A stretch of DNA of 62,770 nucleotides from positions 1 to 62,770 of the forward strand of contig CAMNNA010000001.1 in the NCBI GenBank assembly GCA_946545285.1, in the 5' to 3' direction. Every line of letters begins with the position of its first letter. Position 1 is the first letter of the stretch. Position numbers and translations under genes: made by a program. The DNA comes from an uncultured cyanobacterium (GTDB lineage Bacteria > Cyanobacteriota > Vampirovibrionia > Gastranaerophilales > Gastranaerophilaceae). Shown here one piece after another: positions 52,058 through 62,364 of this stretch. Below the pieces are notes generated by a model. The model saw only the letters and a list, made by a program, of their open reading frames with translations. It was not told the origin of the DNA and ran no database searches.

Positions 52058-53017
52058 ATGAATGTATCAAAGATTTCTCAATACATAATCAAAAATAAAT
52101 ATTTACTAAAAACATTAGAAAAAGTATCGGAGCACGGTACAAGTTTTAGCGCCGGCGCATCACTTGTTATGGGAGGAATCGTTCGGCCTGCATCAATTCT
52201 TGCAACGCCTGACACTGAGAAAGAAAATAAATACTATTCAATGGCAAAATCGTTTTGTTCTTCCGTGACAAAATTTTTACTTGTTGAATCAATTGCTCTG
52301 CCCATAGAACTCGGGATCAAAAACATTGATAAAAATCCGAAAAAATTTTTGGATTCCCAAACAATAAAAAAACTAAATATCCCTGATTCGAGAGCATACA
52401 AACTTTTAACCCAAACTATAAAATTAAGCACAGGCCTATTAACCGCTATACCAAAATCTATCCTTACAATGGCACTTATTCCGATTATTATGGATAATTT
52501 ATTAATTAATAAAAAAGAAAATGAAAATAAAAAAACAAATAATCATCCGAGTTTTACGGGAAATAATTTTATTTCAAAAGGCTTAGGGAAACTTATTAAT
52601 AATGAAAAATTCCAGAATTGGGCAATAAAAAACGAAAAAAATGACAAAGATATTCCAAAACACATATCTGCACTTACCGACATTTTGCTGACTACAAGTT
52701 TTAGTATTGCCGCACTAAAATCAGACAAAATGGACGAACATCCTAAAAAAGCACTTATTTATAATAATATAATTTCAACAATTCTGACTATCGGATTAGG
52801 CTATGGTTTAGATAAACTTTTAAAACCAAGTACGGATAAATTTATTAAAGAATTCAAAAAAATTCACATTAAAGACGAAAAATTACCGAAATACATTGAA
52901 GGAATAAATATTTTAAGACCTGCAATAATTTTTGCAGGAATATATTATTTTGTTCTCCCGATATTTTCAACATTTATGGGAGAAAAAACAGATAAATTCT
53001 TATCTAAAAACAAATAA
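52058..53017 (+). CDS. hypothetical membrane protein, orphan family B paralog
   Basis: GGIVRPASILATPDTEKENKYYSMAKSF...VESIALPIE and the C-terminal IIFAGIYYFVLPIFSTFMGEK are colinear with 13481..15028 and 12729..13481. Confidence 0.65.
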   Translation: MNVSKISQYIIKNKYLLKTLEKVSEHGTSFSAGASLVMGGIVRPASILATPDTEKENKYYSMAKSFCSSVTKFLLVESIALPIELGIKNIDKNPKKFLDSQTIKKLNIPDSRAYKLLTQTIKLSTGLLTAIPKSILTMALIPIIMDNLLINKKENENKKTNNHPSFTGNNFISKGLGKLINNEKFQNWAIKNEKNDKDIPKHISALTDILLTTSFSIAALKSDKMDEHPKKALIYNNIISTILTIGLGYGLDKLLKPSTDKFIKEFKKIHIKDEKLPKYIEGINILRPAIIFAGIYYFVLPIFSTFMGEKTDKFLSKNK

Positions 53018-53052
53018 CTTTATTATAATATTTTAATCAGCGGAGGTTGAAA

Positions 53053-54747
53053 ATGGGATTTTTAAAAAATAAAACTTATATAAAATTATTTATAGCAATT
53101 ATTATCTTAATTATCGGGATTACACTAAGGATAATGTATATGGATACATCCCTTTGGTATGACGAAGCCTGTTCTTGGTTTAGTGCAAAACAAAATTTCC
53201 CCTCAGGCATTATTCATAATCTTTTAACACTGGATTTGCAGCATACCCCGATTTACTTTTTTATTCTTCATTTTTGGATAAAACTATTTGGAACAAGCGA
53301 ATTCGCGCTAAGATCTCTATCCGTAATTTTTGGGATTTTATCAATTCCTTTAACATATATCATTACAAAAAAAATAACATCATCAACTGTTCAATCTTTC
53401 TTTACATCCGCAATTACTGCCGTAAGCCCTTTATTAGTACTGTTTTCTGTAGAAATAAGAATGTATCCGATTGCAGTATTTTTGGTTTTGTTATCAGTAA
53501 ATTTTTTAATTGATTTTGAAAAAACAAATTCAATAAAATCATTAATTTCCCTTATTGTTACAAATATTTTGATCCCGTACACACTTACCGGAGGAATTTT
53601 ATATAATTTATCACTTTTGATATGGTATTCAATTTATCTTAATAAGAAAAATAAAAATTCTTACCATTTGTACATTAAAGGTGCTATTGCCGAATGGATT
53701 TGTTTAATTCCTTATATTGCGTTAATTCTATACTACGCGAAATTAAGAAAGATTTTTGTTATAGCACACGAATCAAATTTAACATTTATCCAGATTGTTG
53801 ATAATATCAGGAACTTTTTCGGTACAAATTTAATTCAAAACATATATTGGCCGGCAAGTGAATCGTATAATATTACTCTATTATTTACACTGCTTGTTAT
53901 TGTTCCTTGCGTGTATTTTATAAACGGACTTATTAAAAGTTTAAAAACAGATGATAATTTTATAAAAACATTAACAAGAATCTTTGTTTTTAACTTTTTT
54001 CTTGCGGTGTTATTTTCTTACCTGCAGGTAAATGTCTTTACAGTAAGGTATATTTTATATTTACTAATACCATTTTATATTTTATCGGTATCCGGTTTAT
54101 TTAAATATTACGGCAAAAAACACAGCATAATATTCTTATCATTATTTATATTATTTTCAGGATTATACACCTATAAAGATTTTCCGCGTTTCAAAAAAGT
54201 AAAATCACTTGCCCTAAAAACAGTAAGACTGGAATCAGATAAATTAGGACTTGGGGTGGACGACATAATTATAATGCCGTTTGGATCTGATGCTCCTTAT
54301 TATTTTAGAGATTTGAATTCGCCGCGAGTATTTAATTTTGATTTTCACAAAGAAGCAAGAAACCCTTATAATAAAAGATTTTATGATGATAATCAACAAA
54401 ATAGGATGAAAAATGTAAATAAATATACAGTTATCTACAATTCAATCCAAAACAATTCAGTATTATCTAAAGCTTATACAAATACTTTTTATAATGAAGT
54501 AACATCAACCGTGCCAAAAGGCAGATATGCTGTTATTGCACTTTATGACAGTGATGCGAATTCGGTTGTTGATATTGAAACTTTGAGAAAAAATCTTGGA
54601 GGAGTCTGGGATTTGAGAAAAGATTTTACAATATATTTTCTTCAAAAATACATGTGCGACACAATCGCATTACTAAACCGGAATTTTGTATTTGTTAATT
54701 CGTATAAAAAAGATAATTATACATTTTTAATTTTCCAAAAACAGTAA
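53053..54747 (+). CDS. GT39/ArnT-like (PMT_2) membrane glycosyltransferase
   Basis: Polytopic N-terminal half with LWYDEACSW in the first loop, and a soluble C-terminal domain. ATG 53053 lies 6 nt after GGAGG. Confidence 0.6.
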   Translation: MGFLKNKTYIKLFIAIIILIIGITLRIMYMDTSLWYDEACSWFSAKQNFPSGIIHNLLTLDLQHTPIYFFILHFWIKLFGTSEFALRSLSVIFGILSIPLTYIITKKITSSTVQSFFTSAITAVSPLLVLFSVEIRMYPIAVFLVLLSVNFLIDFEKTNSIKSLISLIVTNILIPYTLTGGILYNLSLLIWYSIYLNKKNKNSYHLYIKGAIAEWICLIPYIALILYYAKLRKIFVIAHESNLTFIQIVDNIRNFFGTNLIQNIYWPASESYNITLLFTLLVIVPCVYFINGLIKSLKTDDNFIKTLTRIFVFNFFLAVLFSYLQVNVFTVRYILYLLIPFYILSVSGLFKYYGKKHSIIFLSLFILFSGLYTYKDFPRFKKVKSLALKTVRLESDKLGLGVDDIIIMPFGSDAPYYFRDLNSPRVFNFDFHKEARNPYNKRFYDDNQQNRMKNVNKYTVIYNSIQNNSVLSKAYTNTFYNEVTSTVPKGRYAVIALYDSDANSVVDIETLRKNLGGVWDLRKDFTIYFLQKYMCDTIALLNRNFVFVNSYKKDNYTFLIFQKQ

Positions 54748-54808
54748 TTATTTATATTCAATTATTTAAATGATAGTTTTTTAATAAAGTATTATTATAA
54801 TAATTTAT

Positions 54809-55192
54809 ATGAAAAGATTTTTTTTAGTAATGGGTTTATCAATTTTATTTTCTGCATCCGCATTAAGCGACACAGTTTGGACAAAAATTGATGAAACAAG
54901 CTACACAGATTTTGATAATATTGTAGGGCTTGAAGATATTTACGGATATTCATTTTTATTAAAAACATATAATAAAGGTCAATTTGAACCCATAAACGGC
55001 AGGAATATTTTATATGCAATATCTCAATATGAAATTGATTGCAGAAAAAATTCCTACAAAATAGGTACAATAGATTCTTATGATGAGGATGATGCGTTTG
55101 TATACGGAGATTATAACAGATTTTCAGAATTTCAACCAATTGTTGAAGGAAGTTCTGTTAGTATAATTTCCAAAAAATTATGCAGATCTTAA
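54809..55192 (+). CDS. small secreted protein (Adhesin_E-like pattern, tentative)
   Basis: Signal peptide MKRFFLVMGLSILFSASALS. W..I.....Y.D......EIDC pattern. Preferred over the overlapping antisense ORF. Confidence 0.5.
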   Translation: MKRFFLVMGLSILFSASALSDTVWTKIDETSYTDFDNIVGLEDIYGYSFLLKTYNKGQFEPINGRNILYAISQYEIDCRKNSYKIGTIDSYDEDDAFVYGDYNRFSEFQPIVEGSSVSIISKKLCRS

Positions 55193-56236
55193 TCAGGCAG
55201 AAAAATAATTCATAAGCCCGTCATGCAATTTTTGATTTTTACACAGCTTTTTCAATTTCGAAATTGCGCGGGTTTCTATCTGTCTTATTCTTTCTCTTGA
55301 AACACCGTATTGAGTTCCGATTTCATCTAAGGTCTTTTTTACTCCGTTGCTATCCAGACCGTAACGAAGAATCAATACGTCACGTTCTTTTTGGCTTAAT
55401 TGATTAAGAATTTTTCTTATATCATCCAGCATATTATCGAAAGAAACCATTCCGTCAGGACTGACCGTTGAATCATCCACAATAAAATCCGCAATTTTTG
55501 AAGAATCTTCATCTGAAGTTGCAGGCGTATCCATACTAATCGTAGATTGCGCGGATTTTATAATAGAATTAAGCTTTTGAGTGCTTATACCAAGTCTGTA
55601 TGATATTTCTTCTTTAGTCGGAGTTCTTCCAAGTTCGGATGATAATTCTAAAGTTGCATGCCTGATTTTACTAATCGAATCTATCATGTGAATCGGCAAC
55701 CGTATGATCCTTGCTTTATCGGCAATTGCCCTTGTTATGGATTGCTGAATCCACCAGGTTGCATAAGTCGAAAATTTATAACCTTTTTTATAATCAAATC
55801 GTTCTGCCGCTTTAATTAATCCGACATTCCCTTCCTGAATTAAATCCAAAAAAGAAAGCCCTCTGCCGATATATTTTTTTGCAATACTGACTACCAGTCT
55901 TAAATTTGCGTTAACCAAAACATCTTTTGCAAAATCATCGTTATCTTCCTGAATTTTTTTTGCAAGTTTTAATTCTTCTTCTGTAGATAAAAGAGGAATT
56001 TTACCGATTTGTCTTAGATAAATTTTTACACTATCATCAGAACTAACAGACGATATACTTTCTTGAACTTTAGGATCTTCTACTGTTTTTAAAATATCTT
56101 CACCATCTTGAGCCTCTTGTTGAGATTCTAATTTATTAAAATCAACATTTGCATCTGAAATTTCTTCTGATAAAATACCTAAACTTTTGTCCTCGTTACT
56201 CAATTTAATTCTCCAATCTACGAAAAAATCATACAA
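55193..56236 (-). CDS. RpoD-like (group 1/2) sigma-70 factor
   Basis: Region 2 [41 protein letters not shown]. Region 4.2 [20 protein letters not shown]. Start uncertain: TTG 56203 has GGAG 7 nt upstream. Confidence 0.9.
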   Translation of the reverse strand: MYDFFVDWRIKLSNEDKSLGILSEEISDANVDFNKLESQQEAQDGEDILKTVEDPKVQESISSVSSDDSVKIYLRQIGKIPLLSTEEELKLAKKIQEDNDDFAKDVLVNANLRLVVSIAKKYIGRGLSFLDLIQEGNVGLIKAAERFDYKKGYKFSTYATWWIQQSITRAIADKARIIRLPIHMIDSISKIRHATLELSSELGRTPTKEEISYRLGISTQKLNSIIKSAQSTISMDTPATSDEDSSKIADFIVDDSTVSPDGMVSFDNMLDDIRKILNQLSQKERDVLILRYGLDSNGVKKTLDEIGTQYGVSRERIRQIETRAISKLKKLCKNQKLHDGLMNYFSA

Positions 56237-56293
56237 TTAAGATTTTTGTTTGTGACCCTCCGGTTGGATTATTTTTTTATATAACAAGTTTAA

Positions 56294-58387
56294 TTATTCC
56301 GCGTACGCATCACCTATAGTATCAATAGCCTCAACTTTAATATCAGTTATTAACTCAGAATAAGAAATTACAACAATAGTCGGAATATGACGTTCTAATA
56401 ATTGATACAAAGGTAGTCGGATTCTTGGGGAACAAAGAACTACAGGCTGTCTTCCGCAAGTTTGATGCGCTCTCATTAAGGTTGTTGCAGTAGTTTCAAT
56501 TAATTCCTGAACTTGAACAGGATTTAATAAAAACATTGTACCTAACTCAGTTCTTTGACAACTGTCATCAAGTATTTTTTCCCAATCAGGGGAAAGAGTT
56601 AATGCATATAAAACTTTATCTTCTTCTACATTAGATAAACAAATTTGTCGGCCCAAAGCCGCCCTCAAACGTTCGGATAAAATATCCGGTTCTTTTGAAA
56701 ATCTTGCATAATCACAAAGTCTTTCGAATACAAATATTATATCTTTTATAGAAACTTTCTCTCTTATTAAATTTACAAAAATCTTTCTTAAGTCACTGGT
56801 AGAAATAATTGTCGGAACCAAATCATTAACCAACGTCGGATCCTGACTTCTTACAAGTTCCATAAGCTTAAGAACATCAGTTTTAGTCATAACTTCATCA
56901 ACGTGTTTTCTTACACATTCTTGAAGGTGAGTTACAACAACATCTGTTGCATCAACTGCAGTAACAAGACGAGAGGCTTTTGCATCATCTTGATTTATCC
57001 AGTAAGCTTGCGTTTGATAAGTAGGATCAATCCCGATTATAGCATCTTCCGGAACTTCTTTTTTCATAGAATCCCACTGATCAGCTATAACCATGTATTT
57101 CCCGGGATAAACATAGCCGGTCGCAACATTATTTCCACGAATCAAAATCATATATTCATTTGCATCCAACGCAGATGAATCCATTATACGAATATTTGGT
57201 AAAATATAACCTAATTCATCAGTAACTCTTTGTCTTAATGCCGCAATTTTAGCAAGTAATTGCCCTTCTTGATCCGGATCAGCTATGACAAGAAGATTAG
57301 AACCGACCTGCAAACTCAAAATATCTACCCCTAAACGTTCATACATTCTATTCGGGTTAACTAAATCCTGCATATTTTGTCTTACATTTTCCAATTGCCC
57401 TAATTGAGATTGAACATCGGCGTTAATAAGAACTTGAAATCCCGCAATAAAGATTACAACCGCAAGTAATAAAAACGGTAAAAACGGTAATCCGGTCCAA
57501 TGACTTGTAATTGCAATAAATAACAAAAATATTGAAGCAAAAAATAATGCCCAAGGTTTGCTTGTAATTTGAACCGTAACATCAGACCCCAAAGACGGAC
57601 TTGCAGATGAAGCTCGAGTCATAAAAATACCGGCAGAAATTGACATTAACAATGACGGAACTTGAGACGCCAATCCATCACCAATTGTTAAAACCGTATA
57701 TTGTTGAACAGCATCCCCAATAGGCATTTGATTCATCAAACACCCAACACACAAGCCACCGATAATATTTATTAAGACAATAATAATTCCGGCTATTGTA
57801 TCACCTTTTACGAACTTCATAGCACCGTCCATAGAACCCATTAAATTTGATTCTCTGGATAAATCTTCCCTTTGCTTTGTTGCTTCCTCAGGAGAAATTA
57901 AACCGGATTGAAAATTCGCATCAATGGTCATTTGCTTACCCGGCATAGCGTCTAACGCAAAACGAGCCGAAACTTCAGCAATACGTTCCGCACCTTTTGT
58001 GATAACCATAAACTGCACAACCGTAATAATTAAAAATATTACCCCCCCGACAATCATATTACCACCTGTTACAAATGTTCCAAAAGCATGAATAACTTCA
58101 CCCGCTTCACCTTTTGCCAAAATCAAACGAGTTGATGCAATTGATAATACTAATCGAAACATCGTACCAATAAGGATAATTGACGGAAATGACGATAATT
58201 CCAAAGTTTTTTGAATGTATAAAGAAAACATCAATAAAACAACACCCAAAGTAATATTTAAACAAATGCAGAAATTTATAACACCTGTCGGCAATTCAAC
58301 AAGCAAAATAAGTATTAAGGCAAGAACAAACAGTGCCATAAAAATTTCACTTATTGGATTGCTTTGATTTCCTTCCGGTGCTGCCAT
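56294..58387 (-). CDS. flhA: flagellar export apparatus protein FlhA
   Basis: FVKGDTIAGIIIVLINIIGG motif. About 8 TM in the N-terminal half plus a large cytoplasmic domain. 697 aa. Confidence 0.92.
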   Translation of the reverse strand: MAAPEGNQSNPISEIFMALFVLALILILLVELPTGVINFCICLNITLGVVLLMFSLYIQKTLELSSFPSIILIGTMFRLVLSIASTRLILAKGEAGEVIHAFGTFVTGGNMIVGGVIFLIITVVQFMVITKGAERIAEVSARFALDAMPGKQMTIDANFQSGLISPEEATKQREDLSRESNLMGSMDGAMKFVKGDTIAGIIIVLINIIGGLCVGCLMNQMPIGDAVQQYTVLTIGDGLASQVPSLLMSISAGIFMTRASSASPSLGSDVTVQITSKPWALFFASIFLLFIAITSHWTGLPFLPFLLLAVVIFIAGFQVLINADVQSQLGQLENVRQNMQDLVNPNRMYERLGVDILSLQVGSNLLVIADPDQEGQLLAKIAALRQRVTDELGYILPNIRIMDSSALDANEYMILIRGNNVATGYVYPGKYMVIADQWDSMKKEVPEDAIIGIDPTYQTQAYWINQDDAKASRLVTAVDATDVVVTHLQECVRKHVDEVMTKTDVLKLMELVRSQDPTLVNDLVPTIISTSDLRKIFVNLIREKVSIKDIIFVFERLCDYARFSKEPDILSERLRAALGRQICLSNVEEDKVLYALTLSPDWEKILDDSCQRTELGTMFLLNPVQVQELIETTATTLMRAHQTCGRQPVVLCSPRIRLPLYQLLERHIPTIVVISYSELITDIKVEAIDTIGDAYAE

Positions 58388-58388
58388 T

Positions 58389-59093
58389 TTACTTTACTAC
58401 CTTTAGTGCTTCCGTTATAATTTCTAACTGAGTTTCTATTGTGGCATCTATTACGCCGTTGGTTGTTGTAACAAGACACCCGCCTTCCATTGTATTTTCA
58501 TCAGGGACAATGATAACCTTCGCTTCTAATCCGGCAGATTCAACCTGCTCAGGAACTGCAGCTTTCAAAATTGCAGCTTGGGACGGATTAACTTTTAGCA
58601 TGATTTTTGTTTCTTCTTTTGATAAATTCTTCAAAATTTCTCTTATATTATCCAAAAGTATTTGAGAATCTTCACTCATTTCCTTTTTAATAATTTTTTT
58701 TGCAATTTCAATACTGATTTCTAAAATATCAGGGGCAATTGAATCAAATACTTCTTGTTTTGCTCCAAAAAAAGAATCCATTGAAAATTTTAATTGTTCA
58801 ATATCTTCTTTTGCCTGATCAATTCCTTTTTGGTAACCTTCTTTATATGCAGCCTCTTTAATAGAATCGGCTTCTTGCCTTGCACGGGAAATTAAATTTC
58901 TATCATCAATTCTTCGAAAACCTCTGCGTCTGTCGCCTTTACGACGTTCATTCCTTTGTTTAAAATCAATATTATCAAGATTAAACAAATCAATATCTTC
59001 CGGATTTTTTTCAACCGATTCAATCGGTTTTACTTCCGGAGTTTCATTAATTTCTTTAATTTCAGGCTTATTATGTTTTTTCTTGATGATCAT
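58389..59093 (-). CDS. fliH: flagellar assembly protein FliH
   Basis: EAAYKEGYQKGIDQAKEDIE coiled region and C-terminal LKVNPSQAAILK...GGCLVTTTNGVIDATIETQLE pattern. Confidence 0.8.
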   Translation of the reverse strand: MIIKKKHNKPEIKEINETPEVKPIESVEKNPEDIDLFNLDNIDFKQRNERRKGDRRRGFRRIDDRNLISRARQEADSIKEAAYKEGYQKGIDQAKEDIEQLKFSMDSFFGAKQEVFDSIAPDILEISIEIAKKIIKKEMSEDSQILLDNIREILKNLSKEETKIMLKVNPSQAAILKAAVPEQVESAGLEAKVIIVPDENTMEGGCLVTTTNGVIDATIETQLEIITEALKVVK

Positions 59094-59105
59094 CTTTTGA
59101 CAGTA

Positions 59106-60119
59106 TTATACACTATCTTTTAAATGCAGGGCAATAATACTTGCAACTTTTTGAGGAATTTTATTATAATATTCTCCCTCAACGGCACTAAATACAAGGC
59201 GTTTGACCTCTAATCTTTCGCCTGACAACATTGTTTCTAATTGTTTATGATTCTTATTTTGTGTAAACTTTCTTATTATATTAACAATTTTTGACGGAGT
59301 AAAATCCGTATTTTTAGGTAAATTAGTTTTAATTTCTTTTAAGCACCTTAATGCATTATAAGGTCCGATTTTTTTAGTTAAATCAGGGATTTGCATGTAT
59401 TTAATTACAGCTTGAGCGTCCTCATCATTGAAAGTATTCAAAATTGTTTGCACTTTATCCTGATTCATTCTTTTAAATAACATTGCAACCGTGGCAAGTT
59501 TTAAAACTTTAGAATCAACTTTTGGAAAATCATTTGCCGAATTTTGCACATTTAAATCAGTATCAGAAGAAATTTGAGTATCTGAATTTTCAGAAGGCTG
59601 AGAGTTTTGCTGAGCTTGCTGCTGCATTTCTTGTGCCATTTTATCCATATTTGATTGAGATTGAGCAAATTCCATCAATCCTTCATCTATAATTCCACGC
59701 TGGTTCAATTCCTGTAATGCTTGAGCATATGCGTTTTTTACATGATGTTCAACTAATTCCAAACATTGATCAGATGGCAAATTTTGCCCAAAAGCCTGTT
59801 TTGCTATTTCAAATATAGTATACGCAATTTTTTGCATAACACTATCCCAATATTGTCTTGGGATACCGGATCTTATAACATCAACAGATTTATGAAACGA
59901 CCATTCGGCAATAATTTGAGTAATTGTCTTTGAAGTATCAGCATCAAAAGTTAAATTCGGGTCTTGCGCTAACGCTTGCCCTGCCATCATGGAAAAATTT
60001 CCAAGAGTATTTACTACATACTGCTTTTGCTCATCATTAAATTCTTCGGGGACAAGACCTTGTGCCTGAGCTGCAAGGTCTTGTGCAAAACTTTGAAAAT
60101 CAAAATCAGGTGCAGACAT
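59106..60119 (-). CDS. FliG-position protein with only FliG N-domain-like similarity
   Basis: Located between fliF and fliH. Residues ~205-337 (KLATVAMLFKRMNQDKVQTILNTFNDEDAQAVIKYM ... IPQKVASIIALHL) resemble FliG_N and the start of FliG_M. No torque-helix C-domain. The Q-rich N-terminal ~200 aa are unrecognised. Confidence 0.45.
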   Translation of the reverse strand: MSAPDFDFQSFAQDLAAQAQGLVPEEFNDEQKQYVVNTLGNFSMMAGQALAQDPNLTFDADTSKTITQIIAEWSFHKSVDVIRSGIPRQYWDSVMQKIAYTIFEIAKQAFGQNLPSDQCLELVEHHVKNAYAQALQELNQRGIIDEGLMEFAQSQSNMDKMAQEMQQQAQQNSQPSENSDTQISSDTDLNVQNSANDFPKVDSKVLKLATVAMLFKRMNQDKVQTILNTFNDEDAQAVIKYMQIPDLTKKIGPYNALRCLKEIKTNLPKNTDFTPSKIVNIIRKFTQNKNHKQLETMLSGERLEVKRLVFSAVEGEYYNKIPQKVASIIALHLKDSV

Positions 60120-60122
60120 AAA

Positions 60123-61811
60123 CTATACATTACCTCCTGACGGATTTGATGCTTCTTCAATCCAGCTTCTTATATTATCTGCATCGTCTTCGGTTATTTC
60201 GTTTGAAATATTATCCAAAGACTCACTCAAAATATTTTCATCAAATTGAGGGAGCTGTCCCCTTACACTTTGCTGATTAATTAAATCCTGTGCAAGTTCT
60301 GATTGTCTTTGAGTTAATTGACTTGCTCTTGAATTTATATCTTTTAATTGCTTTTCTTGTTCCTGAGCTCTTTTCCTTAATTCATCAACTTCATATTGAT
60401 TTTCTTCTTTAATTTTATTGACTTTGCCGGAAATCACCTTAAAGATTAATAAAATACCTACTGCTGTGAGTGCAATAGCAAGCCACCACGGATTGCCTGA
60501 TTCATCAACAGCAGGCAAATTTGATTCTTTATCAGGCGTTAAATAAGGATCGGCAGAATTTGTAAACGCAATTGATACATTTGCGGCCGAAACCTTTGGA
60601 CTTGCAGCTCTTGCAATTAAAGTTCTTAATTCATCAGTTGACAAATCAGCAGGCATATTATTTCGATCAATAGTTACAGCTATTGAAATATCTTCCACAA
60701 CCCCCGGTTTCATATATTCATTAGTTTGGGTTTTTGTTACACCGTATTGAGTTTCGTTTGCACGGCGGGCATAATTTCTGTTTTGACTTGAATCCGTACT
60801 GCCATTCGGTAATCCGTTAGGTAAATAAACGCTGACTGCCCCGATTCCGGAACTTTGATCTTTTGTGTTATCTCCTAACCCTTCAGAAAAAGTCTGTTCT
60901 GATACGGCTGTTTTTTTAGACGGATCATATTCTATAGAAAATTTTTCAATAGGAGTTTGCCTTAAAAATGTGCTGACAGTTGCAACATAATTTCCGGGAC
61001 CTACCAAACGATCCAATTGTTTTGAAATTTTTTGCTGCATATATTTATCATTTTCTTCAAGCCTTTGGAGCATTTCATCTTCCGCATTTATAACGCTGTG
61101 ATAAACATTTCCGTTTGTATCGGTAATTGCAACATTTTCTGCGGTTAAACCGGTTACACTGCCTAAAAGAAGATTTGTTATCGCCTTAACTTTTGTTTGA
61201 TCCAGCTTTTCTCCTACCGGCATAACGAGTTGTACGGTTGCTGTTTTTGGTTTTTTATCTTCAAACATTGAACCTGTTTCAGGAATTGAGATAAAAACAG
61301 TTGCACTTTGTATCGGAGGAATTTGCTTAATTAATCTTGCCAACTCTCCATTCATAGCACGAGCCAAACGAATTCTTTTATCTTCTTTTGTTGAAGTAAA
61401 ATCACCTTTATCAAAAATTTCCAATCCTACATTTTGATCCATCAAACCACTTTGAACAATTGCAATGATTGCGTTATCTCTATCAGTAACAGTACATTTT
61501 TTAGTCAATGTTGAACAGTTTTTAGCATCCAAATAAAGACTTGATTTGGTACCGGCAAGAGTTCTTTTTACGGTAATCCCTTGTTTTGCTAATAATGCTT
61601 GGATTTCCAATGCTTTACCCAAATTATCGGTTGTCAACAAATCCACATTAGCCTTTAGCGGTTCACCGCCGTTTTCACCCGAATTTCCGCCGCTTTTTCC
61701 TCCGCCAATAACAAGCGCCAAAATAATTACAATCACAATAAGAAAGATTGCTGCGCCACCAATAAGTCCGTATAATAAGCCTTTATTTTCCGTTAATTTA
61801 CTAAAATCCAT
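60123..61811 (-). CDS. fliF: flagellar MS-ring protein FliF
   Basis: TM1 near residue 15-40 and TM2 PWWLAIALTAVGILLIFKV near residue 445. YscJ/FliF-type periplasmic ring domains. Cytoplasmic C-tail. Confidence 0.85.
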   Translation of the reverse strand: MDFSKLTENKGLLYGLIGGAAIFLIVIVIILALVIGGGKSGGNSGENGGEPLKANVDLLTTDNLGKALEIQALLAKQGITVKRTLAGTKSSLYLDAKNCSTLTKKCTVTDRDNAIIAIVQSGLMDQNVGLEIFDKGDFTSTKEDKRIRLARAMNGELARLIKQIPPIQSATVFISIPETGSMFEDKKPKTATVQLVMPVGEKLDQTKVKAITNLLLGSVTGLTAENVAITDTNGNVYHSVINAEDEMLQRLEENDKYMQQKISKQLDRLVGPGNYVATVSTFLRQTPIEKFSIEYDPSKKTAVSEQTFSEGLGDNTKDQSSGIGAVSVYLPNGLPNGSTDSSQNRNYARRANETQYGVTKTQTNEYMKPGVVEDISIAVTIDRNNMPADLSTDELRTLIARAASPKVSAANVSIAFTNSADPYLTPDKESNLPAVDESGNPWWLAIALTAVGILLIFKVISGKVNKIKEENQYEVDELRKRAQEQEKQLKDINSRASQLTQRQSELAQDLINQQSVRGQLPQFDENILSESLDNISNEITEDDADNIRSWIEEASNPSGGNV

Positions 61812-61845
61812 CTCCGCCCCGCTAATTTATTAAATTTTTAATAAA

Positions 61846-62190
61846 CTATATATTTAACTGCATAATTCTATCGTAAGCATTTATTACTTTCCCTGTCAAT
61901 TGAGTTGCAATATTAACGCTGATTTCAGACTTTGCCATAGCAACCATAACATCATGAATATCAACGTTTTTATTTCCTTGCATAGCGTCTTTCAACAGAT
62001 TGTCAGGCGCATTAATTTCTTCATTAAGATTATCCGCAATATTGCCTAAAACCTGTTTGAAACTTACAGCCTCAGAATTATTTACACCATCCATTCTAAC
62101 TGACGGCATAGAATAGCTGATTCCTGTATCAAACTTCGCTCCCGCTATCCTTGAAGATAAATCATAATTCGGAAAATAATTACCGTTCAT
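61846..62190 (-). CDS. fliE: flagellar hook-basal body protein FliE
   Basis: C-terminal DIHDVMVAMAKSEISVNIATQLTGKVINAYDRIMQL matches the FliE signature. SD AGGAGG. Confidence 0.85.
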   Translation of the reverse strand: MNGNYFPNYDLSSRIAGAKFDTGISYSMPSVRMDGVNNSEAVSFKQVLGNIADNLNEEINAPDNLLKDAMQGNKNVDIHDVMVAMAKSEISVNIATQLTGKVINAYDRIMQLNI

Positions 62191-62323
62191 AAATACTACC
62201 TCCTATTTATAATACTTTATACCAACCACTTAATTCAACTTTTATTAAAAAAATCAATCAAATGTAGTATAAATTTTGTACCTTAAATATTATTTAATGA
62301 TTTATTTGAAAAAATCAATTTTT

Positions 62324-62364
62324 AAGGCGGAATTTGAATTCTCAAATTCCGCCTTTTCTATTTT
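62324..62364. terminator. strong hairpin plus T-rich tract with no obvious upstream plus-strand gene
   Basis: 14-bp stem AAGGCGGAATTTGA/TCAAATTCCGCCTT (62324-37 / 62342-55), followed by TTCTATTTT. Confidence 0.55.

Noticed and set aside
54795-55139. 114-aa minus-strand ORF overlapping 54809..55192
   Set aside because: The plus-strand ORF has a clear signal peptide and sensible composition. The minus ORF is H/L/C/Y-rich antisense noise.
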